Assembly (NCBI GenBank): GCA_951406725.2
Contig: OX597815.1
Location: 117,924,001 to 117,988,000 of the forward strand
Reading direction: 5' to 3'
DNA from: Octopus vulgaris
Lineage: Eukaryota
DNA length: 64,000 bases
The notes under the pieces were generated by a model that searched no databases, had not been told where the DNA came from, and saw only the letters and a program-made list of their open reading frames with translations. Within the stretch, counting starts at the first letter, position 1, and the number at the start of each line of letters is the position of its first letter. This document shows, piece after piece, positions 12,878 to 27,318 of this stretch. Both the position numbers and the translations under genes were made by a program.

Positions 12878-13110
12878 TAAATGGATGAAAACAGTTTGAT
12901 TCAAATTCGTTGGTACTCCGACTTTCAAGCGTGATGCTAGTTTTCACCTATTTTGAATTTGAATGAAAGAAGTTGATTGTCATTACAGTAAGGTGGTCGG
13001 GGAAGATCACGTGGTGTCGTGTTTTGACGTTGGTATATCGGTATATCGGTTTTGATACATTCTTAACTCCCAATAAATGTGTTGAGTGTTCTTTCGTTTG
13101 TCCACGCACT

Positions 13111-13162
<52 letters not shown>

Positions 13163-13387
13163 AGTATGCATATATGAGTGTGTGTATATATGTATGTATG
13201 TATGCATGTATGTATGTATGTATGTATGTATGTATGTATGTATGTATGTATGTATGTATGTATGTATGTATGTATGTATGCATGCATGCATTTATGTTCT
13301 AGTTTAATTTTTAAAACGTCTTAACAATGGAGAGTGTGACGGTTTCTAAGCTTCTAATTCAGAAAGCAAACTTACATTAACTGGAAT

Positions 13388-13509
<122 letters not shown>

Positions 13510-14184
13510 GGTTGACTGTTTGTCTCTTTCTTTCTTGATTTCTATCTTCCTTCCTTCCTTCCTTCCTCCCTTCGTTCGTTCGTTCGTTCCTTCCTCTCTT
13601 CTTTCCTTCCTTCTTTGTTTCTCTGTTGTATTTGCAAGCACATGATTTTTATTTATCAAAACATATTTACCTATTACTTCATTGATAACGCTTTTGTTCC
13701 CGATACATTTTATTTATTTCTGCTGTCTTCACTAAATATCCATTCATGGACTGTCCTTTGACAGCAAAATTTCATCATAGTTTTACTCGGTTTTTCTCAT
13801 AGAAATATTTACATCACAAGTTGATGTTTTCTTAGTTACTGTACTAATATTGTACATAAATGTTTTTTAATTGCGTAAGGAAAGAGTTTTCCAAGGAATT
13901 GTTTTTATCTGTTGTCATTATTATCATGAAGTGAAGATTTAAAACTATAGTCAACATTATATATAAAACAAAGGATGAATTATACTTAGATCGCTGTATC
14001 ATCTTACAATATATGTATTGTGTACGCGTTCATCTACTTAAGACCATTTCCTACAATTCATTGATTAGAACACACGACCTAAAGTTGTTGCATCCGGTGT
14101 ATCATCGCATCGCACATTATTAAGTACTGAAATGTATTGTTTATTTCTGAATAAACTTTGATAATAAACTTCAAAGACGCATTT

Positions 14185-14198
14185 GTTGCCATGGTAAT
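14185..14198. promoter_or_regulatory. RFX X-box-like motif GTTGCCATGGTAAT
   Basis: Near match to the palindromic X-box GTTGCCATGGCAAC in non-repetitive DNA; motif match only. Confidence 0.2.
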
Positions 14199-14546
14199 TA
14201 ACCTGACTTTGCACTTCAAACAGAAACTTTCTGTTTCCAATTTGTAAATATGAACTTAATCATGGCTGAATCTATGTGCTTTTCGATTTGAACCCGGAGG
14301 TGGTATCCTGATATATTTATAGTAACAATAATAGTAACAATATCATTGATCCGCGCGTTTCCACAAATCGCATATCTCTTGAGATAATAGTCTGTATTCC
14401 TAGGATGATTACAGTGTAGTCTGTCGTATCCGTGGACATCGGGTAGATCACCTTCATAGATTCATTTCTTCAGGTGATATAACATTAACGGATGTTTAAC
14501 AAAGGGTTGTTTATCCCTTGTGACCAGTATGAAGGTTGATTAAGTG

Positions 14547-14654
<108 letters not shown>

Positions 14655-14712
14655 ATATGTATATGTATATATATATACACATGTATATGGATATATATAT
14701 GTATATACCTAC

Positions 14713-14776
<64 letters not shown>

Positions 14777-17563
14777 ATTGCTAAAAGAAAGAATTATTTC
14801 ATCTTTATTCGTGTTAATTTAAGAACTCGGAGTCACACTAAGACATAGGATAGAGAAATACGACATCTTTATTCGTTGAAACATATTCAAGTTACATCTT
14901 GCAACTGGTTAGAATAATAGCGGTAATGAATACAAATAGTCAACGTGGTGGCGAGTGTAGGTTAATCTGTTTAGCCTGAAAATACAAGTGGGGATGGAGT
15001 TATATTGTAGAGATTTTCCGAAAAATAAATTTTAGAGTTTAGGCGAATTAGAACTGGAATCAAATTAAATATTTCAGGAAGAAAGTTTAGATTTTAATAT
15101 CATGAATTAAAATATCAATATTCTCATAAGAATAATTAGAAGTTAGCTTGAAGGTTAAAGATTTTGTAGAAGTCAAAAATATAATTGCTATATATCACTA
15201 AAGTGAATTATTATTCATATATCTTCATACCGACAAAGGTCTCTATTAGGAAAATTAACTCGTGTCATATAGTAATCCCATCACTCCACAAACTGAAAGG
15301 TTTTTGAAAGAGTTTACATGGATTTTCTTAAAGACACAGAATCACACATTACTCTAGGCGCTACTCTTAGTGGAGTAATTTTTCTAGATGTATTTTGAAC
15401 CGTAATAATTCACTATATTTTCCATATAGAAACGTAATACAAAATAGAAACTGCATACACAATCATTCTAGCCAACCTAAGATCAAAACGAACAGTTTAG
15501 TTTCAAATATTTCATTGAGGATATCTAATATTTCATTGAGGATATCTAACCATTCCGCAAATCTTACAATGATAATCTTTGAAGCCATAGCTTTCAAGAT
15601 AAAAAACAGAAAACAGCCTAAAAGAAGCAGGCAAAATCTTCCTAGAATAAGGTATAATCCTCTGTATAATTTATCTGTAGCTACATCTTTAGCAATAATA
15701 TTCTTTAAGCTGTTAAAAAACACCATTTCGCTCAAAAAGATAAATACTGTAAACTACGTAACAAAACTGTATATCAAAATATATTTGGTACACCAAAAAT
15801 TCATGTAAAATTTAGCCATTTCTAAACAATTTAATCTGAACTTCCCGCATCCAACGTTAATACTATGTTGAAAATGCATTAATCTAAATAATTGTCTGTT
15901 TGACTGAAAATATTAACTTCAAGATTTTGAATAGCAAACCATTGTATAATATCACTATTTTTCTATATTGGCGGTACTGTGAGTATGTTCATATACATAT
16001 ATAATACATTTTCTTACATGTTTTCTAATCAGAATTCTTCTGAACTTCACTGGAAATTTAAGATTATAAAACATCATCGAAATCCTTAACTGGAGTATTG
16101 TCTCTTCTTCCAAATGTTGAGTAAAAATGCTAACCGACTTTATATAACAGAGAACAATCCTTCTTGCTACTACACTATTTCTTAATCGCCACTGATAACC
16201 TATTTTATCTTGTCTGTTTACAAAATCTAAACCATGTCGATGTTTCAAACCTTTGTTTTAACTGTTATTTTTTCAAAATATTATTAAAATATAATTTTTC
16301 ATCTTATTGATATGAATTTTCCCGAAACAAACCTACCCCTGTCTTACAAGCACTCATATACAATGGCCATTTCTGTTAGTCCTCTAATTACTATGACTAG
16401 TCGCAAGACGAACATATCTAGCTATAATACTCACACATATACACACACATATGTATGTTTTACGAGTGTAGGTTGGTAAAAATATATGTAGACATGTAGG
16501 TAAGTAAGGAGGTCAGAGATGGACAGGTGTGTAGGTATCTGTCACCGACACATCTCGGTGAAGGATGCAAACATCGGAGACAAAACAAAGCATCTGGTGT
16601 TTCTAGAACAAAAACCCTTACGATATTTATTCAATGCTATCTTAGAGACTGTTCCTTTCATTCTCACGTCATAAAGACAGAAAACTAGCAATTAATCCGT
16701 TGGAAAGCTACAACAAATAAATAAATGTTCGTGGTTTATTTATTTATACTAATTCTTAATTATTTACTAATTAAGACTAGGTGAGTTATATTGTAATTAT
16801 TTGCCAATTACAATATAATTTAAATGAATGAATGAATAAATTGATTAATCAAATACTGCCAGACGGAGTGTTGCTTCCAGGAAATCTGGTGCCAGCCAAT
16901 TGCAAAAATAAAAACCGTTTACAAAAAGTGTATGAAGAAACCTAGAAGCGGGTGGATTCCAGTAATTATTACTTTTCGATTCAAGAGAATACCTTTTGCT
17001 GCCAGACCATTTTTTGCCGTGTCTATTACAAAACATCGTCAAGTCTTTTAAAGTAATCAGCTTCAACATTGAAACTATGAGTAAGCTAACGTATTTAAGT
17101 GAGTAAATTAGAAAAAAAGACACGCCTTTACAATTTAAAATTGCAATAAAAGGAAAAGCCATTAGCATTAATAGTAATTCTTACGAAGGAAAAAAAATGA
17201 GATAACTGCGCAATTAAAATTTTGAAATTGAATGGGACTTACAGTTTGGAAAGAGTTTAATCCTTTGTAAGTAAGGTCAGAAGTTTAGATATGTTTCGGT
17301 ATTATTAATCCACCTTAGCAAATACTGTCAATGCAAGGAGTTATTTGTCCAAGCTGCTTCCAGTATTGAAATTATCATTATGAATCAAAAACGTATCAGT
17401 GGAAAAATTTGATTTGAAAAAAAAAAAAACCTTTTGCTTGAAAAATGCGCAAGGTGAAAATTGATATATTTTTTCCTCGAGAAAACCTTTTGTCAGTCTG
17501 AAGTTGATAGTCACTGAGACAGTCGATGAAAAAGTCTCCTCTCCTAACACCTCTGCCCCACCC

Positions 17564-18010
17564 ACTTACGAGGATGCGAATCAAATGTAAACCTGAAAAA
17601 GAACGGGAGATAGTGGAAGATAAAATGAAACAAGAAACAAAAGAACAAAACAGAAGACAGCCTTCTCATATAACTTCCAGGAATCTAGAAGAAAAGCCCG
17701 AGCTTTGGGACTTCAGGAGAGATAACATTTCTTTTAAATTGTGCTGTATCGGCTTGACCTAAAAGTAGTTATACTATAAGTATTGGAATATAAAGAACTT
17801 CAGCTTTTCCAAGAAGATGTCACATGTGTCACAGAGGAGGACAGAAATCTGGTGGAAAGATCTACAAATGCTGGAACATTGGTGAATGCCGGAGGTGAGG
17901 GGCGAGAGGCAGCTTGCTCTGGGTGGCTCTTTTATAGAGGTAGCAATTTTGGCTTTGCCGTATAAGCCTGTAAAACTTAAGGGTACCGGGAGAGGAGCGG
18001 TAACGTCAAG
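17564..18010 (-). promoter_or_regulatory. Candidate Pol II promoter and non-coding first exon
   Basis: Minus strand: CRE-like TGACGTTA (18008-18001), TATAAAAG (17936-17929), C-rich start region, and a consensus donor CTC|GTAAGT at 17570/17569. It lies in the only long repeat-poor stretch of the window. Confidence 0.35.
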
Positions 18011-19119
18011 GGATATTCTGGACGGCACATGCTCTAACTATGTCACTAGCTGGAACAGTAGTGTAAGCCCACATGTGGTAAAGATTTGTATCTAGGAATA
18101 ATCTGTTTTGTGAATGAAATTCACGTTCATATTGAATGCATGCAGCGTACCGGAACAAACAGGTTGTTTTAGTTTAATATCCCACTGCTTCAGCTTGTGG
18201 ACATTACAACTAATGGAAATTCAGAAAGAAGTGTAGATCAAGTTTCTTGAATAAATGATGTATGAAACAGAATTTTTGTCACAGTTTTTATAGTTCAATG
18301 TTATGTACTGACTACGAGATTTATCCAAAATGATATCCCACCAAAAATGAGATCCCGTTACAGAAACCCATTTGGTGCATTTTATACGTGACTTTCTTTT
18401 CTTTTTTTCTATCTTTACTATTGACCATACACGAACAAATATATTTCATTAATGTCTGTGATAAACTGAAGCTTGATGTTTTTGATTTAATATTACATTA
18501 AATATTTTGTTTCTTTCATGGCTATTTTTGTTTCTTGGCGGTTAAAAGATCTGATTCTTACCCCCGTCAACTTTAATAAAATTCAGTTCCTATTTTATCG
18601 ACGGTTATATCATCATTTTCTCTGGTAATTAATTCCATTCCATATTAAAATATAGATTGTCTCAGCAGCCCTGTTATCGTTTTCAACCCTGCCATGCTGA
18701 TTTTAACCCTGTTATTTGATAACAGGATTAACAAGATTTTTATTAATATTTTGATGGTAGAAAGAAATATGAGATTAATGTTAGATGAGGTGTGTAAAGT
18801 TTACAGGATAAGAAGAAAATTATGAAAGTCTAATCAAATAATAATATTAATGCATATTTTTGATTAAAAAATATATGGTCGATGTTGTAATTCCCATACT
18901 AAGTGATCTTATTTAAGAGACATTTGTTTATTGAAGTTCTGAAAAAATTCTACTTTAAAATATATTGTCTAACCATTATCACATAGGATAACCTGAAATT
19001 CATAGCGACTTTTATTGAGAAAAAAAAAAAGAAATAATAATAAAGTTTCATGACAGGTGTAAAGATGTATTTTGCCAAAAATTTAATTAGCAAATTAGCA
19101 CATTATCAGATAACTTTTA

Positions 19120-19297
19120 TCTTTTACATGTTTTAGTCATTACACCGTGGCCAGGTTGGGGCACCACCTTGAAAAATTTTTAGTCGAATGAATCGACCCC
19201 ATTTTTTTCTTTTCCGGAACCGCTATGTTACAGGGACGTAAACACACCAGCAACAGTAGTCAAGCGGTGGTGGTGGTGGTGGTGATGGGGCAAACAC

Positions 19298-19355
<58 letters not shown>

Positions 19356-19540
19356 ACACACACACACACACGACGACTACGAGTTATCAGTTTCCGTCTA
19401 CCACCTCCACTTACAAGGTTTTGGTCGGCATGAGGCTATAGCAGAAACCACTTGCCTAAGGGGTTTCTCAGTGGGACTGAACTCCCAAAACATGTGGCTG
19501 GTTGCAAACTTCTTGCTATATTGCCATGCCAGCGCCTATT
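19120..19540 (-). mobile_element. SINE family A copy (diverged)
   Basis: Homologous to 116-539. Confidence 0.75.
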
Positions 19541-19662
19541 CTTAGGCGATTGAGCATAAATGCAAATATTCGAGAGGATTTCTATATACAGAATAATCAA
19601 AAAGGCACCACCCCTCATCAAAGAATCACCCAAATGCATATATATATTTGTATGTGTGTGTG

Positions 19663-19718
<56 letters not shown>

Positions 19719-19720
19719 CA

Positions 19721-19927
19721 CAGCAATCCTTCGCAATATCGCGGTTCACTTATCGCGGTTTATTATTTAAGCTTACGTGGATTCTTCCGTCGTGTTGTTT
19801 TGAAAATATAATAAAATAAATATCTACAAATTACAAAGATAATAAAATAATATACAATAAAGTGCTGTTTCTACTTCGCGGATTTTCACCTATCGCGGTG
19901 GGTTTTAAGACGTAACGCCCACGATAC
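19721..19927 (-). mobile_element. pogo/Tigger-like MITE, uninterrupted copy
   Basis: Reverse-complement match to both halves of 21-669 without the SINE. Confidence 0.7.
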
Positions 19928-20088
19928 AACCGTATCTATCGAAATATTTAATTGATGAATGGGTACAATATGCTCATTATAAAAATAACGTTTTCTTCAG
20001 AAGAATGCATGGATTTTACAATTAAGGTAATTTAGTTCTGACCTAACCCTGTGCCTTAGCTTTAAGTACTTTATTCAACTGAATACAT

Positions 20089-20183
<95 letters not shown>

Positions 20184-20479
20184 ACGCGCGTGTGTGTTGG
20201 TGCACGAACAGGAGATAAAACAGTACAAGATAAGGCAGCAGAATTTATTCGTTCGATGTTGGTGATACACTCAATCGCTTCTCTGAATTCCTCGTTGGTT
20301 CGACTGTACATGTTAGTTCGTTGTTCTTTTTAGTCCAAGGTGATACTAATTAGAAAAAAAAAACTATAATCCAATATATTCCAGGTGTAACCATAACGTT
20401 TGTCTTCGAGTATAATTTATCTAGGACTACATAACCCACAAATGGAACTACATATATAGGTATGGACTAGTGAGATGCC

Positions 20480-20800
20480 CATGGATTAGTCATCATGGCA
20501 TTCGGCTAACAATCGTAAGGCTGTGGTTCAATTCTCGGTGGCGGATTGTTTCATTGAGTAAGACAATTTATTTCATGTTGTTCCAGTCCACTCAACTGGC
20601 AAAAAAAAAAAAAAAAGAATTGTACCTGTAATTCAAAAGGACCATCCTTGACATATTGTTTGTCAAATTGAATCTCCCTTAGAATTATGTTAATGGTACG
20701 CATGTCTGTGAAGTACTCAACCACTTACACACTAATTTCACGAGTTTCATTAATTAGATCAACTGGAATCCTCGCTGTAATAACCGGTGGACTGCCAGTC
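20480..20800 (+). mobile_element. SINE family C (diverged)
   Basis: B-box-like GGTTCAATTC and TTGAGTAAGACAATTTATTTCATGTTGTTCCAG. The 3' part recurs in reverse at 33913-34093 and weakly at ~49950-50080. Confidence 0.55.
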
Positions 20801-21480
20801 AGCATAATCTAACGTGTCCCTTCGGTTATGGCTAGGGTTGTGGCATTGCGTCTCTCATACCCTCTCACGCAAATTATGCCCCCACATATAAACAAACCCC
20901 ACACAAGTAGATTATACATTACACATTATACTTTACACATCGCACACTAATATATATAAAATCCCCACAACTTTACCCTTTACAGAAAGAAAACAGAATA
21001 AAGAACATAGCGCTAGGTATATCTATACCCCAGAAAAGTTTATATATATGATACCACCAGAAAATTTATACATATAACACCGCTACAAACACCCCACACC
21101 CCATCCCCGCAGAGTAACCATATTATTAATACAAACTTTCCCACTCCACATCATACCTAACCAAGAGATATAACTCCTAGCAAAATCCCCTGAACCTTTT
21201 TCATCTCACCACATTTTTACAGCAGACGCCAACCGGTCGTGCTAATCCACCATATTCATATTCCATGTCGTCTACCTCTGATTAGCGTATTTATATAATT
21301 GGTTTGATGTCTAACACTCCATGGTAATTTTTGCATGAAATCGATTGGTAAGACTAGCCGTGATGGATACTTAATACTATACAATTCGGATAATATTCCC
21401 ACTCTACTAACAGCTATATGAGTACATTTTCTCCCTGACTTATGGTCTCTTAGACGACTCAAACACACATACACACACAC

Positions 21481-21536
<56 letters not shown>

Positions 21537-21539
<3 letters not shown>

Positions 21540-21858
21540 TTAGAACGTCGAGCTTTCGATCGTGAGGTTGTGAGCTCGAATCTCGGACCAGGCTGCGTGT
21601 TGTGTTCTTGAGCAAGACACTTTATTTCACGTTGCTCCAGTTCGCTCAGCTGTAGAAATGAGTTGCGACGCCACAGGTGCCAAGCTGTATCGGTCTTTGC
21701 CTTTCCCTTGGATAACACTGATGGCGTGGAGAGGGGGGAGGCCGGTATGCATGGGCGACTGCTGGTCTTCTATAAACCACCTTGCCCAGACTTGTGACTA
21801 GGAGGGCAACTTTCTAGTTGCAATCCCATGGTCAGTGTCGTGACCGAAGGGGGTCCCC
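21537..21858 (+). mobile_element. tRNA-derived SINE with V-SINE-like domain
   Basis: TGGTTAGAACG...GAGCTCGAATCTC (B box), then TGTGTTCTTGAGCAAGACACTTTATTTCACGTTGCTCCAG; inserted in (TA)n. Confidence 0.7.
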
Positions 21859-22928
21859 CCGATATATATATATATATATATATACAGGAGACTTTGTTTT
21901 GGAGTTTGAAAATGCACCTAAATCTCAAAACGTATCGTCGTATTTGAATTTTGTATGATTTATTAAATACCAAACCGGTTTCGACAATTTTTTGTTTATC
22001 AATGGTAAAAATATTTTTTTTTAAATATGATAAAGGGTTTAGGGGAGTTTAAAAGCACAAGGAAAAATTCGGTAAAACGTTTAAACGATCAAATGTTCAT
22101 AGAAAATCGAAATGAGTTTAACAGAGATAGACAATAATATAAGGTTAAATGTTCGATGAAGTTCATAACAAACATGATTGAAAATTCAGTAATGTTGAGA
22201 CATATTAGTAATTAGATAAGATGAACTTTCTGAAAAAAAGAGAAAGAGAAAAAAATGGAGAGTATATATACATGTGTGTGTATGTGTGTGTGTGTGCGCG
22301 CGTGCATGCGTGTGTTTGTCTTCTACTACCGCTTGACAACTGATGTGTATGTGTTTATTCCTCTGTAACTTAGCAGGGACAGATAATATGAGTAAACGGC
22401 TTAAAGAAAACATAAGTACTGCGATTGGTTCATTTTATAAAAAAACTTCTTCAAATCGATGCTTCCAGCATGGTCGCAGTCGCATGAGTGAAACAACGGA
22501 AAGATAAAAGATATATATATATAAGTTCAGTAAAAATTTAGATTCAGATGAATATGGTGCTTAAGTTGAAGACACCAGAATTTAGTATGGTATTATCCAT
22601 ACTATTTAAAATAAGGTGATTATAATCAAAATAATCAACAAGGATATCCACATGCATGCATACATGCATATATACATACATACATAAATATATACATACA
22701 TACATCCCAGACATAGCCTAAATTTGGCTTCGTTTTAGAAGTCTAATTATTTTTCAATTAAGATTTGATATTAATAATAAATGAATACCATATATGTCTG
22801 AAATTATTTATTTGATTATTTAATTATTTACTTATCTATATATCCATTTCATTTCAACTGTTTTCTTTCCTTTTCCCTCCATAGTTATGAAAAATTCCAT
22901 ATATTAGTCTCATGTGATGACGTATTTC

Positions 22929-22966
<38 letters not shown>

Positions 22967-23836
22967 CTCCTTCTAAGGAAATTAGGTCAGGAAATTCGGC
23001 CTGAGTTATATCAATTCCGTAAATATATTCTTAACAATGCTACTGTGAAAATTGTACGCTCCCATGATCAACTTCGGTGCAAAACTCAGGACCGAAATAA
23101 AGCAGAGAATATAGTACAGTCACAACAGAAATATTATCCTCATCCATAAAAATGTCTGTAACGTCTTCCTTCCTCCCCTCTTCCTTTTGCGGAATTTTAA
23201 TTTCTTCTCATTTCTTTTATTTTATTTTTAATTTTTATTCACTCTAAGCTCTCCCGCGAGATTAAATTTATTACTAAAGTAATTTTAGGAATGCATACAA
23301 ATTATACAAGCTAATATCAACACCATTAATCCTAAGAAATAAGCCACTTCTAAGTTTCTACTTTGGCTACATTCAACAATTCCATTGCATGCCAAGATTT
23401 AATTCTTGCTTCTCCAATGTGACACATGACAATCAGCAAGTGTAACAATCTACCTTCTGTCGTCTGGTATTTTAAAACCTGTTGACCTATATTGAATTTA
23501 GCTTTAATTTTTTTTTTCTTTTATTAATGAAGTTAGTATTAACATCATTTAATGCAGTGGGTGTAAGAATAAGAAAAGAAAAACTCATTTACAAATAACT
23601 AAACATTGAGGAAAACTGTTATATGGTGATGAGTGAAGAACTTATTAGATGGATAATATTTTGTACACGAAGTGTGAAACGCACCATATTTGAAATAAAT
23701 AAATAGGGGTACTTATTTAGAGAATCCATCCGTTTTTAATAAATAATAGATAACGTGTTAACCTACTTAAAACAGTATTAAAAGCTAATTGAAAATGTTT
23801 AAACAGCGTATAATTAAAAATAATTAAATAGTTATA

Positions 23837-24268
23837 GGTGTAGGAGTGGCTGTGTGGTAAGTAGGTTGCTTACCAACCACATGGTTCCGGGTTCAGTCCC
23901 ACTGTGTGGCACCTTGGGTAAGTGTCTTCTACTATAGCCTCGGGTCGACCAAAGCCTTGTCAGTGGATTCGGTAGACGGAAACTGAAAGAAACCCGTCGT
24001 ATATATATATATATATATATGCATGTGTGTGTGTATGTATGTATGTATGTATGTTTTTGTGTATATGTTTGTGTGTCTGTGTTTTCCCCCAACATTGCTT
24101 GACAACAGATGGTGGTGTGTTTACGTCACCGTAACTTAGCGGTTCGGCAAAAGAGACCGATAGAATAAGTGCTAGGCATCCAAAGAATAAGTCCTGGGGT
24201 CGATTTGCTCGACTAAAGGCGGTGCTCCAGCATGGCCACAGTCAAATGACTGAAACAAGTAAATGAGT
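23837..24268 (+). mobile_element. SINE family A, full length
   Basis: A box TGGCTGTGTGGT, B box GGTTCAGTCCC, internal microsatellite, tail TGACTGAAACAAGTAAA. Confidence 0.88.
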
Positions 24269-24894
24269 TAATGGCAAATACTATTTTAAATATTTCGGTA
24301 AAGACGGGAGACAACTTTTTTTTTACCTACAACTGATTAAGCTAGCTAAAAAAAAAATGAAAAAAATATCCATTTTTTTTAAAATTCGATTTTGTCTCAA
24401 ACAAGGCTTGGGACCACTGTAGCGTAAGGGACTGCACAAAAGAAAAGAAAAAAAGAGGCCTACAATTTCAAAACATGTCGATTGACAGAATGCTTAACAA
24501 ACTGAATATCAGTCCAAGGGAAAACAAGCCGATGGTTGTGAATTCCAGAGAGCAGTAGTTCGAGAAAAGAATATGTTAGAATAAAAGGAACTATGGTTAA
24601 CTGGAAGTTCGACAGAGAAATATTGCGCCTGGAAGAGAAGTATGTGAAGCGTTTAAAGGTGTTCATTGAGGGCACTAGACCAGAAAGTTAATCGGGGTAA
24701 ATTTTGAGATGATCATGTTTTTCTCTCAAAGCTATTAGTGACATGCATGAAACCGAAAACTTTGCTCGTCAAAAGTTTATATCGCGTTCTTCAGCGGTCA
24801 CCAAGAATCTATCTGACAATTTATACAATAGACGCAATCAAATGTATTCGAATATTAAATCAAAATGTTTTGCTATAATATCATATCTATTATG

Positions 24895-25088
24895 AGTACA
24901 AAGTCTGAAATTTTGGAGAATGGGTTAGTCGATTACATCAACCTCAGTGCTTAACTGGTTCTCATTTTATTGATCTCGAGAGAATGGAAGTCGCTCTCGC
25001 TGGAATTTGAACTCAGAACGTAAAGCCGGAATAAATACTGTGAAGTACTTTGTCCGATGTATTAATGAATCTGCCATCTCGCCGCCTT
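24895..25088 (-). mobile_element. SINE family B copy (diverged)
   Basis: GGAATTTGAACTCAGAACG...CTCGCCGCC. Confidence 0.65.
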
Positions 25089-25273
25089 ACATGGTTCGCT
25101 AAAATATAAGATTGTCCGACGTTCTAACAATTTCACTAATCCACTGTGCGTAACTAACATATTACGTTCGTGATATCTAACATTGGCAGAAGGTCACCAA
25201 GTCCGAAGAAGCGTACAGTCGATTAAATCAATCCTTAGTACTTTGCTATTTTATTCACCCTAGTTCTTTACTG

Positions 25274-25562
25274 GTGGAGGCACATGGCCTAGTGGTTAGA
25301 GCAGCGGACTCGCGGTCGAGGGATCACGGGTTCGAATCTCAGACCGGGCGATGTGTGTGTTTATGAGCGAAAACACCTAAGCTCCACGCGGGTCCGGCAG
25401 AAGATAATGGCGAACTTCTGCTGACTCTTTCGCCACAACTTTCACTCACTCTTTCCTCTTGTAGCTCACCTGCGACGGACCGACCAGGTGGTGAACCTAT
25501 ACGTCAAGGAAACCGGGAAACCGGCCCTTATGAGCCAGGCGTGACTCGAGAAGGAACAAACA
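25274..25562 (+). mobile_element. tRNA(Arg)-like SINE family D with 12-bp TSD
   Basis: A box TGGCCTAGTGG, B box GGTTCGAATCT. Perfect TSD AGTTCTTTACTG at 25262-25273 and 25563-25574. Confidence 0.9.
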
Positions 25563-26296
25563 AGTTCTTTACTGTTTTACCAACCCCAGTACTTGATTAT
25601 CTAATCAACATCAGTACTTAACTATTTTCTCAGCCCTACTACTTGACTATTTAATCGAACAAAGGTAAAATTAACATCAGCGGGATTTGAAATCAAGATG
25701 TAAAGGGTCATAGCTAAACATGGCAAAGCATTTTGTTCAATGCTCTAAATAATCCACGGCCCTCAGCTGAAATATAACATTGATTTATTACAGACGAACA
25801 AGACCAGAAATTTGAGAGGAAAACACTGTTGATTCTAATGACCTTTGTACCTGAGAAATATTTATAGTATTGACCCACAGAATAATTACAATAGAAGCCA
25901 GTCGCGGCAGGATTCGAATCAATAACGTGAAAGTCTGCAACTAAACATGGCTGATAATTCTCCCAATCCATCATCCTTGCTGGAAATATAATTCTGAAAT
26001 ACAATCTACCTTTGCTTCGATGACAGACATTTTACCTTTCTTCTTCCGGGAAATATAGAAATATATTTGGAGTGATGTCGGGAATAGCTTTGTTTCACGT
26101 AATAATGACAATCATTTTTCGCTAACGAAAAATCCAGGTTCCCCTTTTTTTTTTATTTTGAATAATATTCATTGCTTGCCGATATAGACAGTTTTATGTT
26201 CCAACAAAAATATTACTTTCACCTTCACTTTAACATAAGTTCACTTTACCATAAGTTCTTCAAAGCAATTACCTTAATTGAATGTTTTGAAACTGG

Positions 26297-26297
<1 letters not shown>

Positions 26298-26329
<32 letters not shown>

Positions 26330-26532
26330 TATCATCCACATCTTCATCGTAGTCGTCGTTGTCGTCGTCATCGTCATCCTCATCATCATCCTCATCATCA
26401 TTATCATCATCATCAGCAGCAGCAGCATCATCATCATCATCATCATCGTCGTCGTCATCATCATCATTATCATCGTCTTCGTCATCATCGTTGTCGTTGT
26501 AGTCGTCGTCGTAGTCGTCGTCGAAGTCGTCG

Positions 26533-26568
<36 letters not shown>

Positions 26569-26600
26569 CCACCACCATCGTCCCCACAATCATCATCGTA
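26298..26600. repeat. Compound (CAT/CGT)n microsatellite
   Basis: Direct reading. Confidence 0.95.
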
Positions 26601-27318
26601 GTTACTTGACTTGTTAGAAATAACTACCAAATCTTCCTCGAATCCCACCCCCGCTTTCTTAGAAATGGTTACATTGAACACTGTTGTCCAGGTATACTAC
26701 ACCTCAAAAAAAACACAAAAAAAACAGGATGATCACAGTTGAATTGCTTGATCGATTAGGGTCTGATTGGGGCTACACAACAAAGACAGCAACAACAAAG
26801 ATAATTATATTGGTGAAACTTTGGACCAGATGAATGGGTGAATTAACAATGTTTTGTTCTAGGTTTCATAACTTTCTCTTTAACTTTAATTTCATCCTGT
26901 GTTTGATAGCCTTCTTGCAACTTCAAGTATTATAGAGATAAAGCATTCAAACACCATGTTTGTGCTTAAATGTCGAAATGTCAGAAATAAGATGTCGTTA
27001 ATACGATTATATTTTTTCGGTCTATCAACGTTATCGTTACACTAATTCTTTTAAATGGTTTTTTTTTTTATTTACAGTATGTTTTGTTCAGTTTGGTCTC
27101 CAGACATCACTAAGCTTCTTATTCTAAAATATGTAAATAACATCAGACTGGATTCGAAACATGAACCTCTATTTCTAAACTTCGAAGATTATTAAGTTCC
27201 TTATTCCAAAATAAGTACGTAGTATCTGTCTGTAGTTGAAATACAAACATCTGTGTCTAAACTAAAAGTAATGCTTCTAAAGAGCATATTTACACTGGTA
27301 TCACCATTTTTGATAATA

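Noticed and set aside
15463-15735. 90-aa minus-strand ORF with a hydrophobic segment
   Set aside because: No recognisable family motif or true ATG start, and the ILNEI repeat comes from a 21-bp tandem duplication. Insufficient support.
25274-25345. tRNA-Arg-like sequence
   Set aside because: It is the head of a TSD-flanked SINE with a second copy; no proper acceptor stem.
26274-26681. Poly-Asp acidic ORF resembling biomineralisation proteins
   Set aside because: It is a (GAT/GAC)n microsatellite fused to a repeat fragment, with no signal peptide or splice support.
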